Source of the DNA: an uncultured virus (IMG/VR IMGVR_UViG_3300020469_000045)
Lineage: Duplodnaviria > Heunggongvirae > Uroviricota > Caudoviricetes
Length of the DNA: 20,000 bases
IMG/VR virus record: IMGVR_UViG_3300020469_000045
Strand: one strand, 5' to 3'
The translations under genes were made by a program, and so were the position numbers. This document shows, one piece after another, positions 7,293 through 16,165 of the stretch. A model generated the notes under the pieces. The model was given only the letters and a program-made list of their open reading frames with translations, was not told the DNA's origin and ran no database searches. Numbering within the stretch: the stretch's first letter is position 1; every line of letters begins with the position of its first letter.

Positions 7293-7930
7293 CATATAGT
7301 GAATTAAAATCTTTAATACAAAATTATTTAGAAAATAACGAAACTTCGTTTGTTTCTAATCTTCCTGATATTATTAAACAAGCTGAAGAAAGAATTGTTA
7401 AATCTGTAAAACTTCCAAACTTTAGAAAAAATGTTACAGGTCAATTAAGTGCAGGTAATGAATATTTATCAACACCTTCAGACTTTTTAGATAATTTTTC
7501 TTTAGCTGTTTTAGATGGGCAATCTCAAAACTTTTTATATTTTCGTGATGTTAATTATATAAGAGAAGCATATCCGGATAGAACAGTAGCAGGAGCACCA
7601 CAACATTATGCTCTTTATGACAATGATAGTTTTATAGTTGCACCAACACCTAATCTAAGTTTAACAGTTGAGCTACATTATTTTTATAAACCTGCTTCTA
7701 TTACAGCAGGAGCAGAAGGTGGAACAACATGGCTATCAGAAAATGCAACTAATGCTTTGTTGTATGGTTGTTTAATAGAAGGCTATGTTTATATGAAAGG
7801 AGCACAAGATATGTTAGCTGAGTATGAAAAAAGATATTTTCAAGCTATATCTAGATTAAAGAATTTAGGGGAAGCAGATAATACTATAGATACCTATGCC
7901 GAAGGTATGCTAAGACAGAAGAGGACATAA
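7289..7930 (+). CDS. Putative second adaptor / tail tubular protein
   Basis: 213 aa; MTYSELK..IQNYLEN.E..F...LP.IIKQAE.RI, G.PQHYA..D...F.VAPTP and TTWLS.NA.NALLYGCL.E.Y.YMKG. Overall architecture is similar to the 5824 ORF. Confidence 0.6.
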   Translation: MTYSELKSLIQNYLENNETSFVSNLPDIIKQAEERIVKSVKLPNFRKNVTGQLSAGNEYLSTPSDFLDNFSLAVLDGQSQNFLYFRDVNYIREAYPDRTVAGAPQHYALYDNDSFIVAPTPNLSLTVELHYFYKPASITAGAEGGTTWLSENATNALLYGCLIEGYVYMKGAQDMLAEYEKRYFQAISRLKNLGEADNTIDTYAEGMLRQKRT

Positions 7931-8220
7931 TGTTTACAGTTGATATAGAAACAACTACAGGTACTGTTGGAGTACAGACAACAGAAAATAAAGGTTTAAG
8001 TCCTGAATATTGGACAGATAGAATTGTTGAAAGGTTAGTTTCAATAAGTGATACAGCAGACCCTATGGTTAAGGCACAAGCTGAAGCATTTAAAGACTCT
8101 ATACAACAACTTATCCTGCACTATCTAAAACAAGCAGTAGCTAGTGATAGAAGTACAGTCGCAGGTTTATTAGAAAAACAAGGTCATAAAGATATGGCTG
8201 AAATTATAAGGAGGCTGTAA
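7930..8220 (+). CDS. Hypothetical tail-module protein
   Basis: 96 aa with TAATG overlaps on both sides and SD GAGG. Confidence 0.65.
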   Translation: MFTVDIETTTGTVGVQTTENKGLSPEYWTDRIVERLVSISDTADPMVKAQAEAFKDSIQQLILHYLKQAVASDRSTVAGLLEKQGHKDMAEIIRRL

Positions 8221-8648
8221 TGGCAATTTCTCAAGCAATGTGTACTTCGTTTAAAGTTGAACTTATGACAGGTACGCACAATTTTACAAACAGTAGTGGT
8301 AATGCTTTTAAGTTAGCTTTGTACACAAGCTCGGCTACACTAGGTGCAGCTACAACTGCTTTCTCAGCAACTAATGAAGTTTCTGGTACAGGTTATTCTT
8401 CTGGTGGAGGAGCATTAACAAATGTAACACCAACCTCAAGTGGAACAACTGCATTTACTGATTTTGCTGATTTAACTTTTAGTAGTTCTACAATAACTGC
8501 TAATGGTGCTTTAATTTATAACAGCACTAATAGTAATAAAGCTGTATGTGTATTAGCTTTTGGTGGAGATAAAAGTTCTACCAATGGTGACTTCACAATA
8601 CAATTTCCTACACCTGACGCTTCAAACGCAATTATTAGAATAGCTTAA
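8220..8648 (+). CDS. Putative tail structural protein
   Basis: 142 aa; MAISQAMCTSFKVEL..G.HNF...FKLALYTSSATL.A.TTA...ITANGALIYN...FTIQFP..DASNAIIRIA, a family recalled as preceding fibre genes. Confidence 0.7.
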   Translation: MAISQAMCTSFKVELMTGTHNFTNSSGNAFKLALYTSSATLGAATTAFSATNEVSGTGYSSGGGALTNVTPTSSGTTAFTDFADLTFSSSTITANGALIYNSTNSNKAVCVLAFGGDKSSTNGDFTIQFPTPDASNAIIRIA

Positions 8649-9790
8649 TGGCATTTGTTCTTAACGATAGAGTTAAAGAAACAACAACAACTGCAGGAAC
8701 AGGCACAGTAAATTTAGCAGGTGCTGAAACAGGTTTCGAGTCGTTTGTTGCAGGTATTGGTAATTCCAATACAACTTACTATGCTATCGTTCATCAAAGT
8801 TTAGACGAGTTTGAAGTTGGTTTAGGAACTATAACAGACGCAAGTCCAGACACTTTAGCGAGAACTACAATAATAAGTAGTTCTAACTCTGACTCTGCAG
8901 TAAATTTTTCTGCAGGAACTAAAGATGTATTTTGTACATTACCTGCAAGTAAAGCCATAGTAGAAGATGCTTCTGACAATGTAGCATTAGGTGCTGCACC
9001 AACGATTAGCAATGCTTCTGGAGATTTAACTTTAGATGTTGCAGGTGTCATTAAATTAGATGCTGATGGAGCAGAAATACAAATAAAAGATGGTGGTACT
9101 GAAATAGGTGCTATAAACATGGCTAGTAGCAACTTAAACATAGATGCAAAAGTAGCTGATAAAGATATAGTATTTAGAGGAATAGATGGTTCTAGTGATG
9201 TTACTGCTCTTACTCTTGATATGTCTGATGCAGGTAGAGGAGTCTTTACTGGTGGTATTGATATAGTTGCTAATAAAGATATTGAACTTAATTATGGTAC
9301 TTGGACAGGAGAAAAGTCAGCAAAAATACAAGCTCATTCTAATAATATATATGTGCAATACGTTTCAAATGTTATTTTTAGAAATAGTAGTGCAGTAGAC
9401 AGGTTTTTCTGCGATGCTTCTGGTAATGGTTATTTTGACGGAAATGTTACAGCTTATTATTCAGATGAAAGATTAAAAGATAAACAGGGCAAAATAGAAA
9501 ATGCTTTAGATAAAGTAGAACAAATTGAAACTTTTTATTTTACAGAAAATGAATTAGCAAAATCTTTAGGAAATACTGTAGATAAAAAACAAGTAGGTGT
9601 ATCTGCACAATCTGTTAAAGAAGTATTGCCAGAAATAGTACACTTAGCTCCTTTTGATACAGACGCAGAAACAGGCGAATCTAAATCTGGCGAAGATTAC
9701 ATGACTGTTGATTATGCAAAATTAACTCCATTACTAATTGAAGCTATCAAAGAATTACAATTAAGAATAAAAGAATTAGAGGATAAGTAA
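8648..9790 (+). CDS. Tail fibre 1 with a C-terminal intramolecular chaperone (peptidase S74) domain
   Basis: 380 aa with a beta-repeat body, then AYYSDERLKD, GVSAQSVKEVLPEIV and MTVDYAKLTPLLIEAIKEL plus a coiled coil: the canonical S74 signature. Confidence 0.85.
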   Translation: MAFVLNDRVKETTTTAGTGTVNLAGAETGFESFVAGIGNSNTTYYAIVHQSLDEFEVGLGTITDASPDTLARTTIISSSNSDSAVNFSAGTKDVFCTLPASKAIVEDASDNVALGAAPTISNASGDLTLDVAGVIKLDADGAEIQIKDGGTEIGAINMASSNLNIDAKVADKDIVFRGIDGSSDVTALTLDMSDAGRGVFTGGIDIVANKDIELNYGTWTGEKSAKIQAHSNNIYVQYVSNVIFRNSSAVDRFFCDASGNGYFDGNVTAYYSDERLKDKQGKIENALDKVEQIETFYFTENELAKSLGNTVDKKQVGVSAQSVKEVLPEIVHLAPFDTDAETGESKSGEDYMTVDYAKLTPLLIEAIKELQLRIKELEDK

Positions 9791-10596
9791 TGGCATTTCC
9801 TTCTAGTTCAGTTTCAATGTCACAGATGAATACAGAAAGAGGATTGCCTTCAAGTACAAGTGTTTCTATAAATAATACTGAAGTTAAACAAATGGCATAT
9901 CAGTATACTCCCGGAACTACATCTGTGAACTTTGCACAATGGCGAAGTAAGAGTGGCTTTAGTAATCAAGTAACTTTTACTATAGGATATGAACAGCAAA
10001 CTACAGCATCAGGACCTCTTGTACCTGCTGCTTCTGCTTATTATTGGGGATATGGATTTGTAGGTGTAGCACCATTTCCGAGCACAGGAAACGATGCGGC
10101 TCAAGGCTCAATGGGACGTATGCCTCTAATGTATCCGGGTGGGTTTGCTACAGGATTGTATAATGTTGCAGGAGGCACAAGAACTTCAAATCCTTTGTTA
10201 TCCTTCCGTGAAATACGTTGTTTTTCACCCTCAGTACCGGGAACTTCTGCAGGACCATGGGGTCCTTCTACTCTTCAAATGGGTTTTAGACACACACTTA
10301 TTAATGGTGGTGGTACATATCCTGCAACTTTTACTAATGCAGGTTGGACAACTATGAACATAACTAATCCTGCATATAATGTGAATTACCCTAGGGCATC
10401 AGCAACATTTAGTAGTTTTATGGGTCCTTTTCAAATTAGTGGAACCCCTACTCCGGGAAGTGCTAGTTGTACTTTTTCATGGACAAATCAACCAGCATGG
10501 GCAAACAACACAAGTAATATGTATCCTTTTGGTCCAACACCTAGTGGTACTTTTCCTTCAACAGGTAGTACAACAAACACTCTCACAATAACTTAA
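9790..10596 (+). CDS. Putative fibre-tip / receptor-binding protein 1
   Basis: 268 aa rich in S/T/G/P and aromatics, coupled to fibre 1 by TAATG; its N-terminus is paralogous to the 14973 ORF. Confidence 0.55.
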   Translation: MAFPSSSVSMSQMNTERGLPSSTSVSINNTEVKQMAYQYTPGTTSVNFAQWRSKSGFSNQVTFTIGYEQQTTASGPLVPAASAYYWGYGFVGVAPFPSTGNDAAQGSMGRMPLMYPGGFATGLYNVAGGTRTSNPLLSFREIRCFSPSVPGTSAGPWGPSTLQMGFRHTLINGGGTYPATFTNAGWTTMNITNPAYNVNYPRASATFSSFMGPFQISGTPTPGSASCTFSWTNQPAWANNTSNMYPFGPTPSGTFPSTGSTTNTLTIT

Positions 10597-10602
10597 TGAT
10601 AT

Positions 10603-10611
10603 TGTTATAAT
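10603..10611 (+). promoter_or_regulatory. Extended -10 sigma70-type promoter, probably giving a leaderless mRNA
   Basis: TGTTATAAT is a perfect TGnTATAAT. The ATG at 10618 starts 7 nt after the hexamer and there is no SD in the 21-nt gap. Confidence 0.6.
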
Positions 10612-10617
10612 AACAAA

Positions 10618-11526
10618 ATGGTAGCAAGTGTAAGAAAAGATATAGATGAATTTGGAAAAGAATTTTATCGTCTAAGGTTTGAAAGCACATACAATCATCA
10701 AGAAATAAATTATATTATTGAATGGAGTAAACAGGACTCGGCTTTGCTTGTTGATGAATTTGGAAACTTTGATAAAGAAGGAGCAGAAACTTTAGAACGT
10801 TGGCATAAAGAAGCTGAAGCATATAAACACGCTATAGGAAGAAACGACTCTTTTTTATTTAGAACAGATATATATGATGAAGTATACGTCAATCAAAAAC
10901 TTGTAAGAAAAGATTGGAATATTGCAACAGGAGATGGTCCGGCTCTTTTAGAAAAAGTAAAAGCTGCATTTCCTAAAGAAGAAGAAATATGGGAGTCTGG
11001 TGCTTTAAATGTTATAGGAACTTACTATGCTCCTGATGGTGCACCTTTAAGACCTCCATACAAAAATACTAATTCTATTAGTATGTACCATGTACAAAGG
11101 GAGCCTAGTTCTTATCTTTTACAAAGTTATGGTATAGACCCTAGCACTCATACATGGTGTCCTTGGTACGGATTAAAATACGATTTAGAAACTAAAGAGC
11201 GTATGTTAAAGATTGTTTATTATGGAATAAAACAAACTGAAAACATTCCTAGACCTGAAGGTTTGCCTGAAGATATAAACCCTTATTGGTATTTTTTTGC
11301 TGATATTTATCATGAAGATGGCAGTAAGTCTCAAGAAAGAGATATATTTTTATTTGCAACTGAAGAAATATTTCGTCCTTGGTGTGAAAAATATGGACAT
11401 ACTTATCCCATACCTGATGAAAAACTAAGAGACGATATATGGTGTTATGGAATAGTTTATGACTTTGAAACACTAGAAGTAAAACAAGTTAAAGGTTATA
11501 TAAGATATAGAGTAGATGGAATATAA
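10618..11526 (+). CDS. Hypothetical soluble protein, aromatic-rich
   Basis: 302 aa with a charged, globular, enzyme-like composition unlike the flanking fibre genes; no family recognised with confidence. Confidence 0.7.
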   Translation: MVASVRKDIDEFGKEFYRLRFESTYNHQEINYIIEWSKQDSALLVDEFGNFDKEGAETLERWHKEAEAYKHAIGRNDSFLFRTDIYDEVYVNQKLVRKDWNIATGDGPALLEKVKAAFPKEEEIWESGALNVIGTYYAPDGAPLRPPYKNTNSISMYHVQREPSSYLLQSYGIDPSTHTWCPWYGLKYDLETKERMLKIVYYGIKQTENIPRPEGLPEDINPYWYFFADIYHEDGSKSQERDIFLFATEEIFRPWCEKYGHTYPIPDEKLRDDIWCYGIVYDFETLEVKQVKGYIRYRVDGI

Positions 11527-12229
11527 TTTTTTAAAAGCAGTAGAAAAAGCTGATGATAAGTTTTTTGATACTATAGAAAAAGAAAAAATTAATTTTTTAC
11601 AAAACAGATTTCAAGAGCAGGGATTTGTTTTAGTTAAAAACTTTTTATCTGAAGAAGTTGCAGACTTAGTTAACGAAAGCTTTGAAATACATTACGCTAA
11701 AGCAGAATATATAGAAAAATATTTTGAAAATACAATACCAATTAGTTTAACAAAACCTAATATGCCTTCTCCTTTTTATGGAAAGTTTGGAAAGATAGAT
11801 AAAAAAATGGGATTTGCTAATAGAGATTTGCATAGTTATGCTTATAGTGTTGGAGAGGCTTTGCTAAAAAAGAAAAAAGATTTTATAGAAAAGATTTCAC
11901 AACAAGAGTTAGATTTTACAAATTCTTTTTGTAGAAAATATACTGAAGGAAGTAGTTTAGGAAAACATAAAGACAGACCTGCACTTCAAGTTTCTGCTAC
12001 TATTTGTCTGGGTGGAGAAAAGTGGGAGATATTTATAAAAGATAAGTCAGATAATACACATGGCATAACTATGAGTGCAGGTGATGCAATAGTTTATTCA
12101 GGCACAGAGCTTGAACATTGGAGAGAAAAATTAGATAAAGGATATGTTAATATGTGCTTTATACATTATTGCAAAAAAGGCTCAGAATATAAATTAGACG
12201 GAAGAGAATTTATAGGACAGCCAAGATAA
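11516..12229 (+). CDS. 2OG-Fe(II) oxygenase
   Basis: HxD (LGKHKDRP), then SATICLG and GDAIVYSGTELEHWRE containing the distal His: the double-stranded beta-helix facial triad. Confidence 0.85.
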   Translation: MEYNFLKAVEKADDKFFDTIEKEKINFLQNRFQEQGFVLVKNFLSEEVADLVNESFEIHYAKAEYIEKYFENTIPISLTKPNMPSPFYGKFGKIDKKMGFANRDLHSYAYSVGEALLKKKKDFIEKISQQELDFTNSFCRKYTEGSSLGKHKDRPALQVSATICLGGEKWEIFIKDKSDNTHGITMSAGDAIVYSGTELEHWREKLDKGYVNMCFIHYCKKGSEYKLDGREFIGQPR

Positions 12230-12241
12230 ACGGGGTTAAAT

Positions 12242-12841
12242 ATGTTTGGGAAAGTAGGAATGTTTCATGGAGAGCAAGGTTTGCCTCGTGATTTATGTGA
12301 CGAATTGAATGAAGAAATAATGAATAAAGTTCCACCTACAGATGGAGAGATAGGAGCAGGAACAGAGGGTATAAAAGAAACTAATACTAGAAATTCAATT
12401 TTACGTTGGGTCACATCAGAAACACCTCAACTCTGGGATAAAACACTTAACTTAATAATGCCTTATGTTGTAGGCACAAATAGAACAAACTTTGGTGTTG
12501 ATATTTCTGGTGGGTGTAATGAAATACAGCATACAGAATATCAAGAAGGACAGCATTATACTTGGCATATGGACTCAGATTTTGCACCTTTAGAAGTTGT
12601 AAAGAGTCGTATAGCATATGATAGAAAGTTAAGTGTCACAATACAACTTACGCACGAAGACAATTATGATGGAGGAGATTTAGAAATTTTTGAAAGAGAA
12701 TTAAATTTACCAAAACATTTAGTAAGACAACAAGGTACTGTAATTATATTTCCTTCTTTCATACAACATCGTGTGACACCTGTCACTTCGGGAATAAGAC
12801 ATTCATTGGTAACTTGGATAGAAGGTACGCCATGGAGATAA
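12242..12841 (+). CDS. 2OG-Fe(II) oxygenase (prolyl-4-hydroxylase/PKHD-like)
   Basis: YTWHMD, RKLSVTIQL, YDGGDLE and GTVIIFPSFIQHRVTPVTSGIRHSLVTW give a complete HxD...H...RxS signature. Confidence 0.92.
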   Translation: MFGKVGMFHGEQGLPRDLCDELNEEIMNKVPPTDGEIGAGTEGIKETNTRNSILRWVTSETPQLWDKTLNLIMPYVVGTNRTNFGVDISGGCNEIQHTEYQEGQHYTWHMDSDFAPLEVVKSRIAYDRKLSVTIQLTHEDNYDGGDLEIFERELNLPKHLVRQQGTVIIFPSFIQHRVTPVTSGIRHSLVTWIEGTPWR

Positions 12842-12847
12842 TAAAAT

Positions 12848-13585
12848 ATGTTTGGAATAACAGCTTTTGCTCAATCGCCTTTTGCAGGTTTGGGCAGCAT
12901 AACAGGAAACGCTTCTTTTGTACCGGTAGGCTTTGAACTAACCGGCTCTATCAATTCTGTCACACCTGTCATTACAGTAAATGTACCTGTAGTTAGTGGT
13001 TTTATTTTTGCAAATGTTGGTTTAGGAACAGTCACAATAAGTGGAGATGCCAACATTCACGAGTTTATTACAGGCGTACAAGGTGTTTCAGTTTTAGGAG
13101 TAATACAAAATACAGCAGGTGCAATTGTAAATGTAACAAACACTTTTGATACTGATACTGTTACAGGAACAACAGCAGTAGGAAATGCAGTTGTATTTGG
13201 TGGCTCAGTTCAAGGAGTTTCAAGTTCAGGTAAAACTGCAGCTTTAGGAGATGAAATAATTATTGGTGACTGTAACATTACAGCAGCACAGGTTGGAGAT
13301 GTAACAGCTACAACTGCGTTAAGTTCTATAAGTTTACAAACTTTTAATGTATTACCTATGACAGGCTTAAGCAGTTCTGCTTCTTTAGGCACAGTAATAG
13401 TAATTCCTGAATGTAAAGTTTCTGTAAGCTCAGTAAGTGCAAGTGGAAGCTTAGGAGTTTTAAATATTTGGAGTTTAGTTAATGATGAACAAACACCAAA
13501 CTATACACCCGTTAATGATAATCAGTCTGCAGGATATTCTGAAGTTAATACAACTCAAAATCCTAATTGGACTGACGTAGCATAA
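12848..13585 (+). CDS. Putative tail structural protein with beta repeats
   Basis: 245 aa; MFGITAFAQSPFA N-terminus, V/T/G/S-rich repeats and a C-terminal 11-aa periodicity (VNDEQTPNYTP / VNDNQSAGYSE / VNTTQNPNWTD). Confidence 0.65.
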   Translation: MFGITAFAQSPFAGLGSITGNASFVPVGFELTGSINSVTPVITVNVPVVSGFIFANVGLGTVTISGDANIHEFITGVQGVSVLGVIQNTAGAIVNVTNTFDTDTVTGTTAVGNAVVFGGSVQGVSSSGKTAALGDEIIIGDCNITAAQVGDVTATTALSSISLQTFNVLPMTGLSSSASLGTVIVIPECKVSVSSVSASGSLGVLNIWSLVNDEQTPNYTPVNDNQSAGYSEVNTTQNPNWTDVA

Positions 13586-13605
13586 TTTTTTAAAAGAGGA
13601 ACAAT

Positions 13606-14973
13606 ATGGCAAGTACATATGATAACGATTTGCGTTTAAATGAAATGGCAACCGGTGACCAAAGTGGTACATGGGGTGACACTACAAACTTAAATTTACG
13701 TTTGATAGCAGAAGCTTTTTCATATCAAACAGACGCAACATTTACAACAGATGCAAATAAACAAGTAACCATAGCAAATGGAGCTTCTGATAAATATAGA
13801 GGTATGTATATCAAAGTAACATCAACAGTAAATGGTGGTCTTACTGCTACAAAAGATTTAGAAATTTTACCTACAACTGTATCTAAAGTTTTGTTTGTAG
13901 AAAACTCAACAACAGGAGGACAATCTATTGTAGTCAAACAAGGCTCTGGAGCTTCTGTAACTATAGCTAATGGAACTTGTAAATTATTATTTTTAGATGG
14001 AGCAGGTGCAGGTGCTGCTGTTTATGATGGCTTGAATAATCTAGCTTTGAGTGGTGACCTAACTATAGAAGGTGACGATTTAAAAATGGGTACTAATACT
14101 AGTGGTCATGTATTAGTTGCAGATGGCACAAACTATAATCCTGTTGCAATTAGTGGAGACGCTACTATTGCAGCTAATGGTGCTATAACTATTGCTAATG
14201 ACGCAGTAGAACAAGCTATGATTGCAGACGATGCAGTTGGTGCAGACCAATTAGCTTCAGACGCAGTTGTCAATGCTAGTGTAGATGCTAATGCTGCTAT
14301 TGCTTTTAGTAAAATGGCAAACTTAACTACTAGTAGAGCTTTAGTATCTGATGGTAATGGAGATGTCACACCGGCAACTACAACATCTACAGAAATAGGT
14401 TATGTAAATGGAGTCACATCAGCAATACAGACACAATTAAATACAAAACTAAGCAATGCTACTAATACATGGGTAAGCTCTTCTGATGGAATAAATAGAT
14501 TTTACTTTACTAATGCAGGTGCTACGCTTTATAAAACAGGAGCCGACCATCAATTTAGAAATGGCTCAGATGTAACAGTAGTTGAGTTTACTTCTACCGG
14601 AGTAGGAAGATTTGATAATGATGTTGTCGCTTACTACTCGTCAGATGAAAACTTAAAAGAAAATATAAAAGAATTACAAAGTCCATTGGAAAAATTAAGT
14701 CGTATTAGAGGAGTGACTTTTGATTGGAATGATAATCAAGATACTTATGAAGGTAGCGATATAGGTGTCATTGCACAAGAAGTACAAAGACAATTTCCTG
14801 AGCTTACTACTACTCGTTCTGATGGATATATGGCAGTAAAGTATGAAAAGCTTACTGCTGTATTGATAGCAGCAGTCAATGAGTTAGCTGATGAAGTTCG
14901 TGGCAATAGAGAATTGATAAAAGCAATGGAAGCTATTTTAATTGCAGATAAAATACCTGAGCAAACTAACTAA
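13606..14973 (+). CDS. Tail fibre 2 with a C-terminal intramolecular chaperone (peptidase S74) domain
   Basis: 455 aa; MASTY..DLRL..MATGDQSGTWGDTTN.NL anchor, IADDAV-type repeats, then AYYSSDENLKENI, GVIAQEVQRQFPEL and AVKYEKLTAVLIAAVNEL. Confidence 0.87.
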   Translation: MASTYDNDLRLNEMATGDQSGTWGDTTNLNLRLIAEAFSYQTDATFTTDANKQVTIANGASDKYRGMYIKVTSTVNGGLTATKDLEILPTTVSKVLFVENSTTGGQSIVVKQGSGASVTIANGTCKLLFLDGAGAGAAVYDGLNNLALSGDLTIEGDDLKMGTNTSGHVLVADGTNYNPVAISGDATIAANGAITIANDAVEQAMIADDAVGADQLASDAVVNASVDANAAIAFSKMANLTTSRALVSDGNGDVTPATTTSTEIGYVNGVTSAIQTQLNTKLSNATNTWVSSSDGINRFYFTNAGATLYKTGADHQFRNGSDVTVVEFTSTGVGRFDNDVVAYYSSDENLKENIKELQSPLEKLSRIRGVTFDWNDNQDTYEGSDIGVIAQEVQRQFPELTTTRSDGYMAVKYEKLTAVLIAAVNELADEVRGNRELIKAMEAILIADKIPEQTN

Positions 14974-15644
14974 TGCCATTACCTAGTTCCGGACAAATAA
15001 CTTTAAATGAAATGCACGTTGAGGCTAGTGGCTCTTCTGGGACACAATCAAACGTAAACTCTGCACCAATACGTTCTTTAATAAATAAATCAGCAAGTGT
15101 ACAGATGGCTTTTACAGAATGGTATGGAGCTTCTTCTGGACCTCCACCTGCAGTTGCTGCAACAGGAACAACTACACAAACACACACAATGACTTATGTT
15201 CCTTTTAATAATCCTTTTGTTAATGTAGATGGTTATGTAAATGGACCTGTGACTCTTTCTCCTTCAGATATGGGTGGATTTAACCCTGCCGGAGTTCCTT
15301 ATGGAAGCAGTACCCTTGGCTCTTTATCTCCTTCTACATATACCGGTTGGTCAGGAGCTTATTTTTCCTCATCTATTTCATATCAAAAATCAGGTTTTGG
15401 TAATGCTCGTTTAGAAGTAACATTTAGTCAAAGAAGAACTAATAGTAATTGGAATACAATGAGACATACCCAAACAACTCTTGGACAACTAACAATTCCA
15501 AGAATAAGTATGACTTATGCAACATATTGGACGCCCGGACAACCTGCTACAACAGGTCAAACAAAGTATACATATACTGCAGCTCCTTCTGTCAATACAA
15601 TTTATTTTAATAATAGTCAAACAAACTACGTACATTGGACATAG
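14973..15644 (+). CDS. Putative fibre-tip / receptor-binding protein 2
   Basis: 223 aa; MPLPSSGQITLNEMHVE N-terminus of the type that follows S74 fibres; coupled to fibre 2 by TAATG. Confidence 0.6.
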   Translation: MPLPSSGQITLNEMHVEASGSSGTQSNVNSAPIRSLINKSASVQMAFTEWYGASSGPPPAVAATGTTTQTHTMTYVPFNNPFVNVDGYVNGPVTLSPSDMGGFNPAGVPYGSSTLGSLSPSTYTGWSGAYFSSSISYQKSGFGNARLEVTFSQRRTNSNWNTMRHTQTTLGQLTIPRISMTYATYWTPGQPATTGQTKYTYTAAPSVNTIYFNNSQTNYVHWT

Positions 15645-15645
15645 C

Positions 15646-15822
15646 ATGAAAGATGAAGCTTTAAATAAAATACATTCACACGAAAGAGAATGTACTATTA
15701 GATATGAGAATTTAGAAAAAAGATTAGAGGAAGGCTCTAAAAGATTTGTACGTATTGAATTGCTTATATATGGTTTATATGCAGGTATGGCAGCAATAGA
15801 AATAACTTCGAGGTTTATATGA
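15646..15822 (+). CDS. Small coiled-coil protein with a C-terminal hydrophobic helix (possibly lysis-related), 58 aa
   Basis: MKDEALNKIHSHERECTIRYENLEKRLEEGSKRFVRIELLIYGLYAGMAAIEITSRFI. Start reassigned from 15517 to the ATG just after the upstream stop. Confidence 0.65.
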   Translation: MKDEALNKIHSHERECTIRYENLEKRLEEGSKRFVRIELLIYGLYAGMAAIEITSRFI

Positions 15823-16013
15823 AATTATTTTTAACAGAATTTACACATGATAAAAAAAGATACTCAGGACCTACTATAGTTGCTGAGAGTTTACAAATGG
15901 CAGAAGACTCTGCTGCAGACCTAGGTGTAGAAGTAGTAGGGGAACTAGACAGTTTAGTTTCAGTAGTTTTAGAGTCACTATGGGAAGCTGACGAAGACAA
16001 AGTCTTGCATTGA
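15819..16013 (+). CDS. Hypothetical acidic protein, 64 aa
   Basis: SD GAGGT, ATGA overlap, and an acidic C-terminus ending KVLH. Confidence 0.65.
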   Translation: MKLFLTEFTHDKKRYSGPTIVAESLQMAEDSAADLGVEVVGELDSLVSVVLESLWEADEDKVLH

Positions 16014-16165
16014 ATAGCGAGTTAGTTTTTGTAATAGCTTTAAATGTAATATTCTTAATAGGATTATTAGGATTAAAATTTTATTTGAAAAGAAAAGCTG
16101 AAAAAAATATGAAAGCTTATCTTAGATATTTAAGACACAAGAGAAAATATAATGTACGAATATAA
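16010..16165 (+). CDS. Small single-pass membrane protein, 51 aa, TTG start (not in the ORF track)
   Basis: (M)NSELVFVIALNVIFLIGLLGLKFYLKRKAEKNMKAYLRYLRHKRKYNVRI*. TTGA overlap with the upstream stop; a hydrophobic helix followed by a basic tail; fills the gap. Confidence 0.45.
   Translation: MNSELVFVIALNVIFLIGLLGLKFYLKRKAEKNMKAYLRYLRHKRKYNVRI

Noticed and set aside
10139..10357. 72-aa + strand alternative-frame ORF
   Set aside because: Nested in the tip protein gene; its L/Q/V-rich composition is typical of an off-frame read.
9790..15644. Diversity-generating retroelement or invertible tail-fibre switch between the two tip genes
   Set aside because: Similarity is only at the remote protein level; no near-identical TR/VR pair, reverse transcriptase, invertase or flanking inverted repeats were seen.
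15517..15645. N-terminal extension of the 101-aa ORF
   Set aside because: It overlaps the upstream gene by 128 nt; the ATG at 15646, right after the upstream stop, gives a more plausible 58-aa protein.
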